Assembly (NCBI GenBank): GCA_965228735.1 | Contig: OZ245838.1 | Span: forward strand, 6,592,001 to 6,656,000 | Reading direction: 5' to 3' | Source: Planctomycetota bacterium | GTDB lineage: Bacteria > Planctomycetota > UBA1135 > UBA2386 | Length of the DNA: 64,000 bases | Part shown: positions 1 through 9,961 of the stretch, piece after piece | How the letters are laid out: each line of letters opens with the position of its first letter | How positions within the stretch are numbered: position 1 is the first letter of the stretch | Notes under the pieces: model-generated | Database searches by the model: none | Told to the model about the DNA's origin: nothing | What the model saw: the letters and a program-made list of their open reading frames with translations, nothing else | Position numbers and translations under genes: made by a program

Positions 1-1
1 C

Positions 2-736
2 GTGCCGCTGACCGGTGCGTTGCGCGACCGTCTCGTCGAGCTGCGCGAACAGGCCGACACGGCGAAACTCGACGCGATGATCACGGCCGGACTGCTCGGC
101 CGCGAACGGCTGCGTCGGCTCGAGGATCGCGGCGTCGTGTTCGAGGTCGCGCTCGTGCGAATCGCGCAGGCGGGCACGCTGCCGAGCGTTGCCGAGTTGT
201 TGTCCGAGGTGCGCGCGGGTGGTGGGGTCGTCGCCGCCGGACCGGCGGGTGGCGGCGCTCCGGTTGCGGGGGCGGCCGCCGGCGGCGGCGATCTCAAGAG
301 TCGCGTGCTCGAGCTCGCGCGCGAGAAGGGCCTGCTGCGGGCGACGCTCGAACTCTGCGAGTTCGCCGACCCGGACAGCAGCGGCAAGGTCGTCGTGAGC
401 ACGCAGACGCCGCGCAAGATGCACCAGGACCGGCTGCAGTCACCCGACGTCCAGCAGCAGCTGCAGGGCTGGGTCCGGCAGGCGACCGGCGCAGACGTGC
501 GCGTCGAGGTCAAGATCGGCAAGGCCGACGCTGGTGGCGCCAGTGGCGGCGCCGGAGGTGCGGCGAAGGCCGGTGCCGCGTCGGGGCCCGCGAAGAAGCC
601 CGGAGCCGCCGCGAAGCGCGCCATGGGGCGCTTCGGCGGCCGTGTCGTCGACGTCAATCCGGACGACCGCGTGCAGAAGCAACCGCCCGCAAGCGACGAC
701 GGCGACGACGCGCCGGACGCGCCGCCGGAAGACTGA
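2..736 (+). CDS. dnaX: DNA polymerase III subunit gamma/tau, C-terminal part (5' end outside window)
   Basis: 'RGVVFEVALVRI' resembles the end of the collar domain, followed by an Ala/Gly linker and a C-terminal 'AKRAMGRFGGRVVDV' typical of DnaX tails; ybaB-recR lie downstream on the same strand. ATPase domain not in window. Confidence 0.7.
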   Translation: MPLTGALRDRLVELREQADTAKLDAMITAGLLGRERLRRLEDRGVVFEVALVRIAQAGTLPSVAELLSEVRAGGGVVAAGPAGGGAPVAGAAAGGGDLKSRVLELAREKGLLRATLELCEFADPDSSGKVVVSTQTPRKMHQDRLQSPDVQQQLQGWVRQATGADVRVEVKIGKADAGGASGGAGGAAKAGAASGPAKKPGAAAKRAMGRFGGRVVDVNPDDRVQKQPPASDDGDDAPDAPPED

Positions 737-766
737 CCGGACGGGTCGGCGCGTTCGTTTGGGGGT

Positions 767-2563
767 CTACTTCTCGGACAGGCAGTAGAGGCTCTTGTGC
801 CCGCGCAGGTAGATTGCGTCGCCGAGGATCACCGCGCTCGCGTCGAACGCGTCCGCCAGTTCGTTCGTCGCGACCTCTTCGAACGTGTGGCCGGCCTTGA
901 AGACCTTGGTCTGGCCTTCGCGCGACGTGACGTAGACGTGGCCGTTGGCGCCGACGGGTGACGCGTAGACCGTGCGCAGGCCGCCGAGGCGCTGGCCTTC
1001 GTAGTGCACCTCGCCGGTCTTGGCGTCGACGCAGGTCAGCACCGCGTTGTTGACGCGCAGGAAGTAGATGTCGTCGCCGTAGAGCAGGGCCGACGGCACG
1101 TACGACGTCGCGCGCGTGTGCTGCCACAGCACGTGCTCCGAATCGGTGAGATCACCGCGCGCGCCCGGCAACGCGACGGCCTGTAACATCGCGCCGCGGA
1201 ACCCGCTCATGAGGAACGCAACGTCGTCGCGGATGATCGGCGTCGGGATGGTGTTCACCGTCATGCCACCGAGCTCCCAGATTACCTTGCCCGTCTGCAG
1301 GTCGTAGCCGCGCGAGGCGGTGGTCGCGTTGATGATGATCTGCGGCTTGCCATCGACCTTCGTGATGACCGGCGTGGACCAGCTCGTGACCTCGTCGCGG
1401 TCCTGCTTCCAGAGCTCCTTGCCCGTGCGCTTGTCGAGCGCCGCGATGAACGACTGCTTCTCGTGGTCCCAGTTGATCACGACGATATCACCCCAGATCG
1501 CGGGCGAACTGCCCTCGCCGAACTGGTTGCGCGTCCGCATGTAGCCGTAGTCCTTCGACCAGAGCACCTCGCCCTTCATGTCGAGACAGTGGATGCCGCG
1601 CGAGCCGAAGTGAGTGTAGATCCGTTCGCCGTCGGTGATGGGCGAACCCGAAGCCTGCGAACCCGTCGAGTGGCCGCGCTCGTGCGGTACGGTGCGCGCG
1701 ACGCTCGTGCTCCAGGCCGTCGAACCGTCCTTGCGATCGAGCGCCATGACGCGGAAGTCGAAGACCTTGGTCAGCGGCTCCGGGGGGCGGCGGCCGCGGC
1801 GACCGCCGCGGCCGCCGCGGCCCGCGCCGTCGCCGATCGGTTCGAGCTCGGGCGCCTCGCCGTCCTCGTCCGTCTCGATGGCCGTCGTGAGGATGATGTG
1901 ATCGCCCCAGACGATCGGCGTCGCGTGGCCGAGGCCCGGCACGTCGACCTTCCACCGCACGTTCTCGTTCTCGCTCCAGGTCAGCGGCGGCGTCGTGCCC
2001 GGGGCGGCGCCGGACCCCTCCGGGCCGCGCCAGAACGCCCAGTTCTTGCTGCCGCCCTGCTGCGTGGTGGCGGCCTGCGGCACCGGATCCTGCTGGGTCT
2101 CTGCGGCCTTCGCCGGCATGCGCTCGAGGTGGCCGAACATGTGACCGCCGTAGCTCTTGCCCGACCAGACGCCGGCGTAGCGGTCACCGTGGAAGACCAC
2201 GCGCGCGCTGTAGGTGCCGAGCATCGGGAAGCCGACGTCGGTGACCTGGATGGTCGGCGTGTCGCCGGCCCACAGCACGTTCGCGCCGACGGGTAGCGTC
2301 ACGTCCTTGCCGTCGTAGCGGATCGTCGCGTCGATCTTCCACTTCTCGTCGCGCAGCTTGGTCGCCTTCTCGATGAGATAGGTCTCGGGCCGCGGCGGCC
2401 CGTCGTTGCCGTCGACGGTGAACCGGCCGACCATCTTGCAGCGGGACATGCGCTTCGCGAACGCGGCCTCGCGCGCGGCCTGCTCGGCGTCGTCCGACTG
2501 GGCGGACAGGAGGGCGGGCGAGAGAGAGAACGCGACGAGCGAAGCGATGGCGTGATACTGCAT
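767..2563 (-). CDS. Exported PQQ/BamB-like beta-propeller protein with an extra N-terminal beta-rich domain
   Basis: Signal peptide; NWAFWRGPEGSG motif; repeated W..SSP/TP blades; C-terminal 'ASAVILGDAIYLRG..LYCL'. Confidence 0.85.
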   Translation of the reverse strand: MQYHAIASLVAFSLSPALLSAQSDDAEQAAREAAFAKRMSRCKMVGRFTVDGNDGPPRPETYLIEKATKLRDEKWKIDATIRYDGKDVTLPVGANVLWAGDTPTIQVTDVGFPMLGTYSARVVFHGDRYAGVWSGKSYGGHMFGHLERMPAKAAETQQDPVPQAATTQQGGSKNWAFWRGPEGSGAAPGTTPPLTWSENENVRWKVDVPGLGHATPIVWGDHIILTTAIETDEDGEAPELEPIGDGAGRGGRGGRRGRRPPEPLTKVFDFRVMALDRKDGSTAWSTSVARTVPHERGHSTGSQASGSPITDGERIYTHFGSRGIHCLDMKGEVLWSKDYGYMRTRNQFGEGSSPAIWGDIVVINWDHEKQSFIAALDKRTGKELWKQDRDEVTSWSTPVITKVDGKPQIIINATTASRGYDLQTGKVIWELGGMTVNTIPTPIIRDDVAFLMSGFRGAMLQAVALPGARGDLTDSEHVLWQHTRATSYVPSALLYGDDIYFLRVNNAVLTCVDAKTGEVHYEGQRLGGLRTVYASPVGANGHVYVTSREGQTKVFKAGHTFEEVATNELADAFDASAVILGDAIYLRGHKSLYCLSEK

Positions 2564-2672
2564 GGCGAGATCGGCTCCTTGAGGCGATCCGGTGTACCCC
2601 TGGGGGGCGCCAGCGGAAGCGCCGCTGGCCGAGTCGGCAAGGGTTACTTACTTTCGACAGCTCGCGGCCCGT

Positions 2673-3947
2673 TCACCGCCAGGCGAACGCGGCGAGCCCC
2701 TGCAGGCCGCGCACGAAGACCTGATCGCCGTCGACCGCGAGATGGGCCCAGGTCTCCTCCTCCGCGACCTCCATCCGGCTCTCGATCTCGAGCTCCTCGG
2801 TGTTCGCGCGGATCATCAGCAGTTCGCCGGAATCGGTCAGCGCGAGCATGCGATCGCCCCGAGCGACGATCGACCAGTAGGTGTCCCCGAGCGGTTCGCT
2901 GATCCACGCGACCTCGCCGGCGGCGAGGTCGACGCAGCAGAAGCGCTTGCTGCGCAGATAGAGATACGCGTGGCCGTCGATCACGACCGGTGACGTCATG
3001 TTGCCCTGCGCGCGGTTCGTCCACGCCTGCTCGACCTGCATCGCCGGCGCGCCGTCGCCGCCCTCGGCGTTCTTGCTGACCGCGAAGTAGTGCGCGCGGC
3101 CGCCGTAGGCCGACGTGAACACGCCGTCGCCGAACGGCAGGGGCGTGAGGATGTTCATGCCGCGGAACGACTTGATGTCGACGCCCCAGAGCTCGTCACC
3201 TGTCTCGAGGTCGACGCCCGACAGTCGGGTTCGGCCCTGCACGATGATCTGCTCCTGACCGGCGATCGTCGCGATCACCGGCGAGCTGAACGCGCCCGCG
3301 TTCATCATGTTGTTGCCGTCGTCAGCGAGCCCGCGCCAGACCGACTCGCCGGTCGCGGCGTCGAGCTTGATCAGGCCGGCGGCGGTGTGCACGTAGACCG
3401 CGCCGTCGTGGACGAGGGGCGAACAGACGAAGCCGAACGGCTGCTTGGGCGTGCCGTAGCGACCCTTGAAGTCGACGCGCCAGTGTTCGTTGCCGGTCGG
3501 GGCATCGAGGCAGACGAGCACGTCGAGCATGCCGGCGACGTAGAGCCGATCGCCGTGGAGCGCCGGCGTCGCGCGGATCCACGAACCGTTGCGGGCCGCG
3601 AAGAACGGCACCTTCATCGCGCCCTCCCAGGTTGCCTCCCAGACCTTCTCCCCGGTCTTGCGATCGATGGCCCAGACGCACTCCTCGAACTGGTCGAGCG
3701 TCGCGGTCGTGTAGACCCGCTCGGCGTCGCACACGGGGCCCGAGTAGCTCTCGCCGAGCTCGACGTGCCACTGCCGTTGCAGGGTCTCCTTCGCCAACTG
3801 CTCGGGCCACTCGGCGCCGGCCGCTTGACCGTCGCGGGCCGGGCCGCGCCATTGGTTCCAGTGGTCGCCCTGGGCAGCAACGGCGGCGGTCAGAGCGAGG
3901 GCGAAGACGACGGCGGGGAGGACGAGGCGCGGGGTCGCGAGTGGCAT
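2673..3947 (-). CDS. Exported PQQ/BamB-like beta-propeller protein
   Basis: Start reassigned to ATG at 3947 (MPLATPRLV.. signal peptide); HWNQWRGPARDG motif and propeller blades. Confidence 0.85.
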   Translation of the reverse strand: MPLATPRLVLPAVVFALALTAAVAAQGDHWNQWRGPARDGQAAGAEWPEQLAKETLQRQWHVELGESYSGPVCDAERVYTTATLDQFEECVWAIDRKTGEKVWEATWEGAMKVPFFAARNGSWIRATPALHGDRLYVAGMLDVLVCLDAPTGNEHWRVDFKGRYGTPKQPFGFVCSPLVHDGAVYVHTAAGLIKLDAATGESVWRGLADDGNNMMNAGAFSSPVIATIAGQEQIIVQGRTRLSGVDLETGDELWGVDIKSFRGMNILTPLPFGDGVFTSAYGGRAHYFAVSKNAEGGDGAPAMQVEQAWTNRAQGNMTSPVVIDGHAYLYLRSKRFCCVDLAAGEVAWISEPLGDTYWSIVARGDRMLALTDSGELLMIRANTEELEIESRMEVAEEETWAHLAVDGDQVFVRGLQGLAAFAWR

Positions 3948-4009
3948 GCCGGCACTTCGGCCGGAACGGCGCCGCGGATGCACCCGATGCGGTCGGGTCG
4001 AAGCGGGCT

Positions 4010-7000
4010 CTATTCGGCGTGCAGGGCCCGGAGCAGCTGCCCCCGGGTCGCCAGGGCGCTCGCCAGGACGACCCAGAACGCGCCGCTGAGCGCGATCAGC
4101 GCCACGAAGCCGAGGAGCGGCCCGATGGCGACCGGGTCGGGCGACCGGACGACCGGGACGATCGCGAGGCCTGCCGCCACGAGCCCGGTGAGGAGGCCGA
4201 GGCCCAGCAGCAGCCCGTGTTCGCTCACGACGAGTCGGCGCACGTCCCGGCTCGAGAAGCCGACGGCCTGCAGGGTCGCGAGCTCGGCGCGGCGTTCGAG
4301 CGTGTTGCGGAGCACGACCACGCCGAGCCCGACCGTGCCGAGCAGCAGGCCGAGGCCGCCGAGCAGCTGGAAGATCGCGAGGTAGGTGTTCTGCACGGCC
4401 TGGAACGCGGCGAGCCGGTCGGCGGACTTCGTGAGCTCGAGTCCGAGGTCCGCCAGCGCGCGCGACAGCGACGTCGCGACCGCGTCCGCGCGTTGGGCAT
4501 CGGCGTCGACGAGGAACATGCGGAACCCCGTCGCCGACGGGAATCGTTCCCGCAGGTGCCGATCGGCGATGACGAGATTGCCCTGCAGGATCGAATCGCT
4601 CACCGTCGCGACGATGCGCACGTCGAACTCGTTCCCGGCCTCGTCCCGGTAGCGCAGCGCATCGCCGACGGCCTTGTGCAGGCTCCACGTCACGCTCGCG
4701 GCGTCGCCGATCGCCGGCACGACGTCGGGTCCGAGGTCCCGGTCGAGCAGTCGCCACGGGTTGTCGTCGCCCGCGTCACCCGTGACCGCGAACCGGAAGG
4801 CCTCGCGTTGCGCCAGCTGTTCCGGCTCGACGCCGACGAGCCGCGGGCTTTGCGGCGTGCTGAGGTTGAGGCAGCTGCCGTCGTCGCCGTCCTTGACGCG
4901 CAGCGGCACGATGCGTGCGCCCTGCAGATCGTCGTCGTCGAGCGCGTAGGCGTCGCGTCCGGCGGTGGTCGCGAGATCGCGCAGCACCGGCAGCGACGAG
5001 CGGCCGAACAGCGCGAACCCGCCCGTGCCCGACGCGCGCACGCTCGGATCGGTCGGCGGCTCGAGCCGGTTGCTCTGGACGGCGACGACGAGGAACGTGC
5101 CGCTCGCGAGCAGCGCGATCGTCGTGAGGCTCCGACCCGTGCGGCGCGAGCTGTTGCGCACGCCGAGCGCGGTGATCGTCGGCAGGCCCGCCGTGCGTTT
5201 CGCGGCGTGGCGCAGCAGCAGGTGGCGCGATGCGAAGATGCCGGCGATGAGCACGAGCGCACCCGCGCCGAAGAACGTGCCGGCGGTCGCGGCCGAGCTC
5301 GACCCTGCGGTCATCACGAGCGTGATCGCGCCGGCGAGTGCGATGACGGCGAGCCCGAGGCTCAGTCCACGCGGGCCCCGGGCACCGGGTCGTGCCGTGG
5401 GCGCCAGCGTACCGTCGCCCTGCAGCAGTTCGACGGCCGGCCGCCGGAACGCGCGGCGCAGCGTGAGCAGGATCGCGAGCAGCGCCGCGACGACCGCACC
5501 GATCGCGCCGCCCACGATCGAGCCCGGGACGAGGTGGGCCGTGAGCGTCGTCTGGCCGACCGCGTCCTGCCACAGCGACCCGAGGCCGGCGAGCACGGCG
5601 TGGGCGTAGCCGATGCCGAGCAGGGCGCCGAGCGTCGCGCCGACGCCCGCGAGCAGCAGTGCTTCGCGCACGAACAGGCCGCGCACCCTGCCCTCCGTGA
5701 AGCCGACCCCGAGCAGCAGGCCGACTTCGCGCCGGCGCTGTTCGACCCCGAACACGAACAGCAGCGCCGTGAGCATGAGCCCGGCGATGACGAGGAAGAA
5801 GCTCAGTCCGAGGAAGAGGCCGCCGAAGTCGGTCGCCGGCGAGCCTGCGGCGAGTGCCGGGCCGCGCAGGTCGCGGAAGAACAGCCCGAGTGCTTCGGGA
5901 TCGAGCTGCTGCGCGAGCTCGGTGCGCACGCGCGCGGCGGCCGGCGCGCTGAGCCGGATCGCCGTGAGGTTGCCGAACCGGTTGCCGAAGAGCCGCTGCC
6001 CGGCGGCGAGCCCGAGGAACGCCTTGGGCGTGCCGCGGTGTTCTTCCCAGTAGGCCTGGTCCTCGCCATCGAGCCGGTCGAGTTCGACCGGGATGCCCGG
6101 CTCCCAATCGCCGCAGCTGCGCGCTTCGGCGAGGCCCGGGAACGCCGGCATCAGAGCCGGGTCGAGCGCGGCATTCGCGAGCTCGACGATCGCGCTGACG
6201 CGCATCGTGTGGGTGCGTTCGTCGAGCTGCAGCTGCTCGTCCATGACGTAGTAGCTCAGCACGAGCTCGGCGCCGGGCTCGGCGCCGATGTCCTTGGCGA
6301 GCCAGTCGTGGATCACCAGCTCGTCGCCCTCCGGCGCGAGACTCGCGGTCGCGGCGAGCGGCGCTGCGGGAGCGGTCGCCGGGTCGAGCGGCCCGAGTGC
6401 GGTCACCGTCGAGTACGGCGTCACGCGTTCGCCGGCCGCGATCGAGTTCACGAAGTAGGTGAGGATCGCCAGGCCGTCGGGCGCGATGGCGCGAACGGTG
6501 TCGCCGATCGCGGGATCGAGGAAGACGCGGCCGCTCGTCAGCGCGTGGATCTCGGGGTTCGTCGCGCTGCCGTCGAGGTCGGCCGGGATCGGGCCGAGCT
6601 CGAGCTCCGCGTCCGCGAGGGTCCAGTGGGTGCGCAACGCCCGGTCCGCGGCCGCAGGCGTCGCATCGATCGCGAGCAGGTTGGCGCGGTCCTCGAGTTC
6701 GAGCTCGGCGTTGAGCCACGCCCGGTCGAGGAACACGTTGAACGGCGGCACCTGGCTCGCCCGCAGACCGAAGCGGCCGAACTCGTCGTCCTGCAGCACG
6801 CGGTCGACGGTGACGCGCAGCGCGAACGCGACGTCGTCGACGGTCGCCATCGTGGCCTCGCGCGGCATGAGGCTCGGACGCTCGACGCGCACGACGAACT
6901 CGTCGCCGGCGTCGATCTGCAGCTGGCGCGCGAGTCGCACGTTCACGAACGCGCGGCCAGGTGGGATCGCGGTGACCGCCGATGCCCGGGCTGGCGCCAT

Positions 7001-7375
7001 CGCGAAGAAGCGTGTGTCCACGCCGTAGACGTCGACGAGACCGGTGCGCAGTTCGGTCGGCCCCTGTTCGTTGCCCTTGCGGCGGCTGGTGGCCACGCCC
7101 GGCAGCTGCACGATCGGCGCGCACGTGCTGCCCTCGATCGCGGCTGCGATCCGATCCGCGAGCGCGACCGTGACGAACCGGTCGCCCGCGGTCAACGCCG
7201 CGTCGAACCCGCCGATCCGTTGCAGTGCCTGCTCGCGCAGGCTGAGCCGTACGGAGTCGCCGACGGTGAGCGCGCCGACGAGCACGGTCGCGGCACACAG
7301 CACGCCGAGGACGACCCCGACTTGGGTGCGCCAGTAGTGCCGCAGGCTGGCCTTCGTCAGGCGCCAGGCATTCAT
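4010..7375 (-). CDS. Large MacB/FtsX-family ABC transporter permease (two FtsX repeats)
   Basis: N-terminal TM, large periplasmic domain, 'EQRRREVGLLLGVGF' and 'ERRAELATLQAVGF' FtsX motifs. Confidence 0.9.
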   Translation of the reverse strand: MNAWRLTKASLRHYWRTQVGVVLGVLCAATVLVGALTVGDSVRLSLREQALQRIGGFDAALTAGDRFVTVALADRIAAAIEGSTCAPIVQLPGVATSRRKGNEQGPTELRTGLVDVYGVDTRFFAMAPARASAVTAIPPGRAFVNVRLARQLQIDAGDEFVVRVERPSLMPREATMATVDDVAFALRVTVDRVLQDDEFGRFGLRASQVPPFNVFLDRAWLNAELELEDRANLLAIDATPAAADRALRTHWTLADAELELGPIPADLDGSATNPEIHALTSGRVFLDPAIGDTVRAIAPDGLAILTYFVNSIAAGERVTPYSTVTALGPLDPATAPAAPLAATASLAPEGDELVIHDWLAKDIGAEPGAELVLSYYVMDEQLQLDERTHTMRVSAIVELANAALDPALMPAFPGLAEARSCGDWEPGIPVELDRLDGEDQAYWEEHRGTPKAFLGLAAGQRLFGNRFGNLTAIRLSAPAAARVRTELAQQLDPEALGLFFRDLRGPALAAGSPATDFGGLFLGLSFFLVIAGLMLTALLFVFGVEQRRREVGLLLGVGFTEGRVRGLFVREALLLAGVGATLGALLGIGYAHAVLAGLGSLWQDAVGQTTLTAHLVPGSIVGGAIGAVVAALLAILLTLRRAFRRPAVELLQGDGTLAPTARPGARGPRGLSLGLAVIALAGAITLVMTAGSSSAATAGTFFGAGALVLIAGIFASRHLLLRHAAKRTAGLPTITALGVRNSSRRTGRSLTTIALLASGTFLVVAVQSNRLEPPTDPSVRASGTGGFALFGRSSLPVLRDLATTAGRDAYALDDDDLQGARIVPLRVKDGDDGSCLNLSTPQSPRLVGVEPEQLAQREAFRFAVTGDAGDDNPWRLLDRDLGPDVVPAIGDAASVTWSLHKAVGDALRYRDEAGNEFDVRIVATVSDSILQGNLVIADRHLRERFPSATGFRMFLVDADAQRADAVATSLSRALADLGLELTKSADRLAAFQAVQNTYLAIFQLLGGLGLLLGTVGLGVVVLRNTLERRAELATLQAVGFSSRDVRRLVVSEHGLLLGLGLLTGLVAAGLAIVPVVRSPDPVAIGPLLGFVALIALSGAFWVVLASALATRGQLLRALHAE

Positions 7376-8082
7376 CGCGGTTGGCCCGCGGGTGCTGCGG
7401 CCCCGGCGAGGACGCCGTCACGCAGTTCGATCGCGCGACTCATCCGGTCGGCGAGGCGGCGCGAGTGGGTGACGACGAAGAGCGCCACGTCGTGTTCGCT
7501 GTTGAGCTCGACGAGTAGCTCGCCGAGTCGGTCGGCGCCGCGCTCGTCGAGCGACCCCGTCGGTTCGTCCGCGAGCAGCAGGCGCGGCCGGTTGACGAGC
7601 GCGCGCACGACGGCGACGCGTTGGCGTTCGCCGCCCGAGAGCTCGGCCGGGCGGTGATCGAGTCGGTCGCCGAGTCCGACGTCGTTCAGCAGCGCCCGGG
7701 CGCGGTCGGGCGCGGCCTTGCGTACCGCGGTATCGGACAGCGCGAGCGTCGGCACGAGCACGTTCTCGAGCGCCGTGCACTGCGGCAGGAGGTGGTGCGA
7801 TTGGAACACGAAGCCGATCTCCCGGCTGCGCAGCGCGGCGAGTTCCTTCGCCGACAGTTCGCCGAGATCGCGGCCGTCGAACCGCACCGTGCCGGTGCTC
7901 GGCGGCAGCAGCCCGCCGATGAGGTTGAGCAGCGTGCTCTTGCCGCAGCCGGACGGCCCGAGCACGGCCACCGACTCGCGCGCCGCGATCGTGAGGTCGA
8001 CCCCGCGCAGCACCTCGGTCGTGGGGCCGAACGTCCGCGTCGCGCGCTCGACCTCGACGAGTGGCCGGTCGGCGGTCGTCAT
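7372..8082 (-). CDS. ABC transporter ATP-binding protein (LolD/MacB type)
   Basis: Walker A GPSGCGKS, signature LSGGERQRV, LADEPTG; ATG at 8082 overlaps the upstream stop. Confidence 0.93.
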   Translation of the reverse strand: MTTADRPLVEVERATRTFGPTTEVLRGVDLTIAARESVAVLGPSGCGKSTLLNLIGGLLPPSTGTVRFDGRDLGELSAKELAALRSREIGFVFQSHHLLPQCTALENVLVPTLALSDTAVRKAAPDRARALLNDVGLGDRLDHRPAELSGGERQRVAVVRALVNRPRLLLADEPTGSLDERGADRLGELLVELNSEHDVALFVVTHSRRLADRMSRAIELRDGVLAGAAAPAGQPR

Positions 8083-8612
8083 TTGGGCGCCTGTTGCGAC
8101 GGGGCCTGTTGCGATGGGGGCGTGCCGGGTTTCGCGCCGGCCGGTGCCGGCTTGTAGAGCGTCACGAGCAGGCCGCCGGTCGCGGCGAGTGCGATGCCGA
8201 GCAGGAACCGCCAGTCGAGACTCCCGAAGCCGCCCGTCGGCGGGTGGACGGCGATCGCGACGAACGCGTTCACCATCGGCGCACCCGCGAAGATGATGGA
8301 CATCACCGCGGCGGGGTGACCCTTCGCCCCGAACGCGAGCAGCACGCCGAACGCGCCGATCGCGCCCATGATGCCCGCGACGAGCGACCAGGTGACGGCC
8401 TTGGGCGGCATCGACCAGGACGCGCCGGCGAACCACAGCATCGCGGCCGGGGCGAGCACGGCGATGAGGAAGTAGGCGATGCCGACCCAGAAGAACGCCT
8501 TGTAGCGCCCGTTCTGCGGGTCGCCCATGGCGACCTGGCCGGTGTGCAGGAGCACGCCGTAGAGCCCCCAGCTGACGACGGTGAGGAGGGCGAAGAGGAT
8601 CCAGGTCTGCAT
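8079..8612 (-). CDS. Small multi-pass membrane protein, EamA/DMT-like
   Basis: About 5 hydrophobic helices; 'WILFALLTVVSWGLYG' start typical of DMT members. Confidence 0.65.
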   Translation of the reverse strand: MQTWILFALLTVVSWGLYGVLLHTGQVAMGDPQNGRYKAFFWVGIAYFLIAVLAPAAMLWFAGASWSMPPKAVTWSLVAGIMGAIGAFGVLLAFGAKGHPAAVMSIIFAGAPMVNAFVAIAVHPPTGGFGSLDWRFLLGIALAATGGLLVTLYKPAPAGAKPGTPPSQQAPSQQAPK

Positions 8613-8653
8613 GGTCTCAGTCTGCTCGGGGTATTCGGGGGGCGCAAGGTTTG

Positions 8654-9958
8654 TCAGCGGGGGGCCGCGGCGACGGTCTCGCAGATCGCAGCGACCTCGC
8701 GCGCCATGCGCTCGGCGGTGAAGTGGGTGCGAACGGATTGCCGGCCACGTTCGCCGAGGGACCGGGCGAGCACGTCATCCGAGAGCACTGTCCGGAGGCC
8801 GTTCGCGAGCGCTGCCGCATCGCCGGGTTCGCACAAGAGTCCGCCGCCCGTCGCCTCGAGGATCTCGGGGAACGCGGCGTGGCGCGGCTGCACGACGGGC
8901 ACGCCCGCCGCCATCGCCTCGAGCACGTAGAGCCCGAACGACTCGCCGTAGAGCGCTGGCACCGACATCACCGAGAGGGTGCGCAGGAACTCGAGCTTGG
9001 TCGGACGATCGATGTTCGGCAGGAAGTCGACGCGGCCCGCGGCGCCGTTGGCCGCGATGCGGTTCTCGAGCTCAACGGTGAACGCTTCGTCCTCGCGCAG
9101 GCGCACGCCGGCGACCCGCAGCCGCACGTCGGCGAGCGCGGGATCGGCGGTCAGTTCGAGGAACGCGTCGACGAGCACGTCGAGGCCCTTGTCGCGGCAC
9201 ATGCGCGCGAGGTAGCCGATCGTACGCGGGCGGCGAGCAGCCGCAGGCTCCGCCGGTTCCATGATGTCCGTGCTGTCGATGCCGTTGTGCACGACGTGCA
9301 GGCGGTCGGTGGCGGGGCCGAGGCGCTCGCGCATCACGTCGCGATACGAGTGACTCACCGCGATCAGCGCGTCGACCTCGGCAGCCCGCTCGCGCAGAGT
9401 CTGCCACGCGGCGTCGCGGTCGCGCGGCGGCAGCATGTCGAGGAACGGCTGTTCACCCTGCAGCGTCACGACGACCGGGACGCCGAGTGCCTGGCGCAAC
9501 GGCCGCGCGACGCCGACGAGCATCGCGTTGCTGACGATGACGACGTCGGGCGTTTCGCCGGTGCTGATCCAGCGCACGAGCCGGTCGATCTCCGTCTTCT
9601 GGCGGCCCTCTTCGCCGCGCAGCAGGGACACCGTCATGGCGCCGAGGTCAGGGGCGTCCGTCATGCTGCCGCGGTTCGCGGCCCAACGCAGCAGCCCCGG
9701 CCGATCGAGCCAGTTGCTGACGAAGCGCGGCAGCAGTCGGGCGAGCCCGCTCTTCTGCTGCAGGTAGACGTTGATGCCGCCCATGCGGATCGCCGGCTCG
9801 ATCCCCGTGCCGTCGGTCTCGATGACGAGCGGCAGGTAGAGCGGCGCGACCCGCACGTCGTGGCCGAGGCCGCGCAGCGCGTCGCCGAGCGCGATGTCAC
9901 GCAGGCAGCTGCCGCAGAAGAAGTTGCCGGTGCCCGGGGTCAGCAGCAGGACGCGCAT
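8654..9958 (-). CDS. Glycosyltransferase family 4 (GT-B)
   Basis: 'VVHNGID', 'KGLDVLVDAF', 'ESFGLYVLEAMAAGVPVV' GT4 signature; N-terminal CGSC motif. Confidence 0.9.
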   Translation of the reverse strand: MRVLLLTPGTGNFFCGSCLRDIALGDALRGLGHDVRVAPLYLPLVIETDGTGIEPAIRMGGINVYLQQKSGLARLLPRFVSNWLDRPGLLRWAANRGSMTDAPDLGAMTVSLLRGEEGRQKTEIDRLVRWISTGETPDVVIVSNAMLVGVARPLRQALGVPVVVTLQGEQPFLDMLPPRDRDAAWQTLRERAAEVDALIAVSHSYRDVMRERLGPATDRLHVVHNGIDSTDIMEPAEPAAARRPRTIGYLARMCRDKGLDVLVDAFLELTADPALADVRLRVAGVRLREDEAFTVELENRIAANGAAGRVDFLPNIDRPTKLEFLRTLSVMSVPALYGESFGLYVLEAMAAGVPVVQPRHAAFPEILEATGGGLLCEPGDAAALANGLRTVLSDDVLARSLGERGRQSVRTHFTAERMAREVAAICETVAAAPR

Positions 9959-9961
9959 CGG

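Noticed and set aside
737..766. Attachment-site direct repeat shared with the region before ybaB
   Set aside because: No convincing repeat found by eye at either junction
3632..7657. 1341-aa plus-strand ORF and similar long ORFs (8651-12031, 19051-22068, 29904-31991, 45500-47839, 48787-52716)
   Set aside because: Antisense shadows of well-supported genes; Arg/Ala-rich with no motifs, as expected in high-GC DNA
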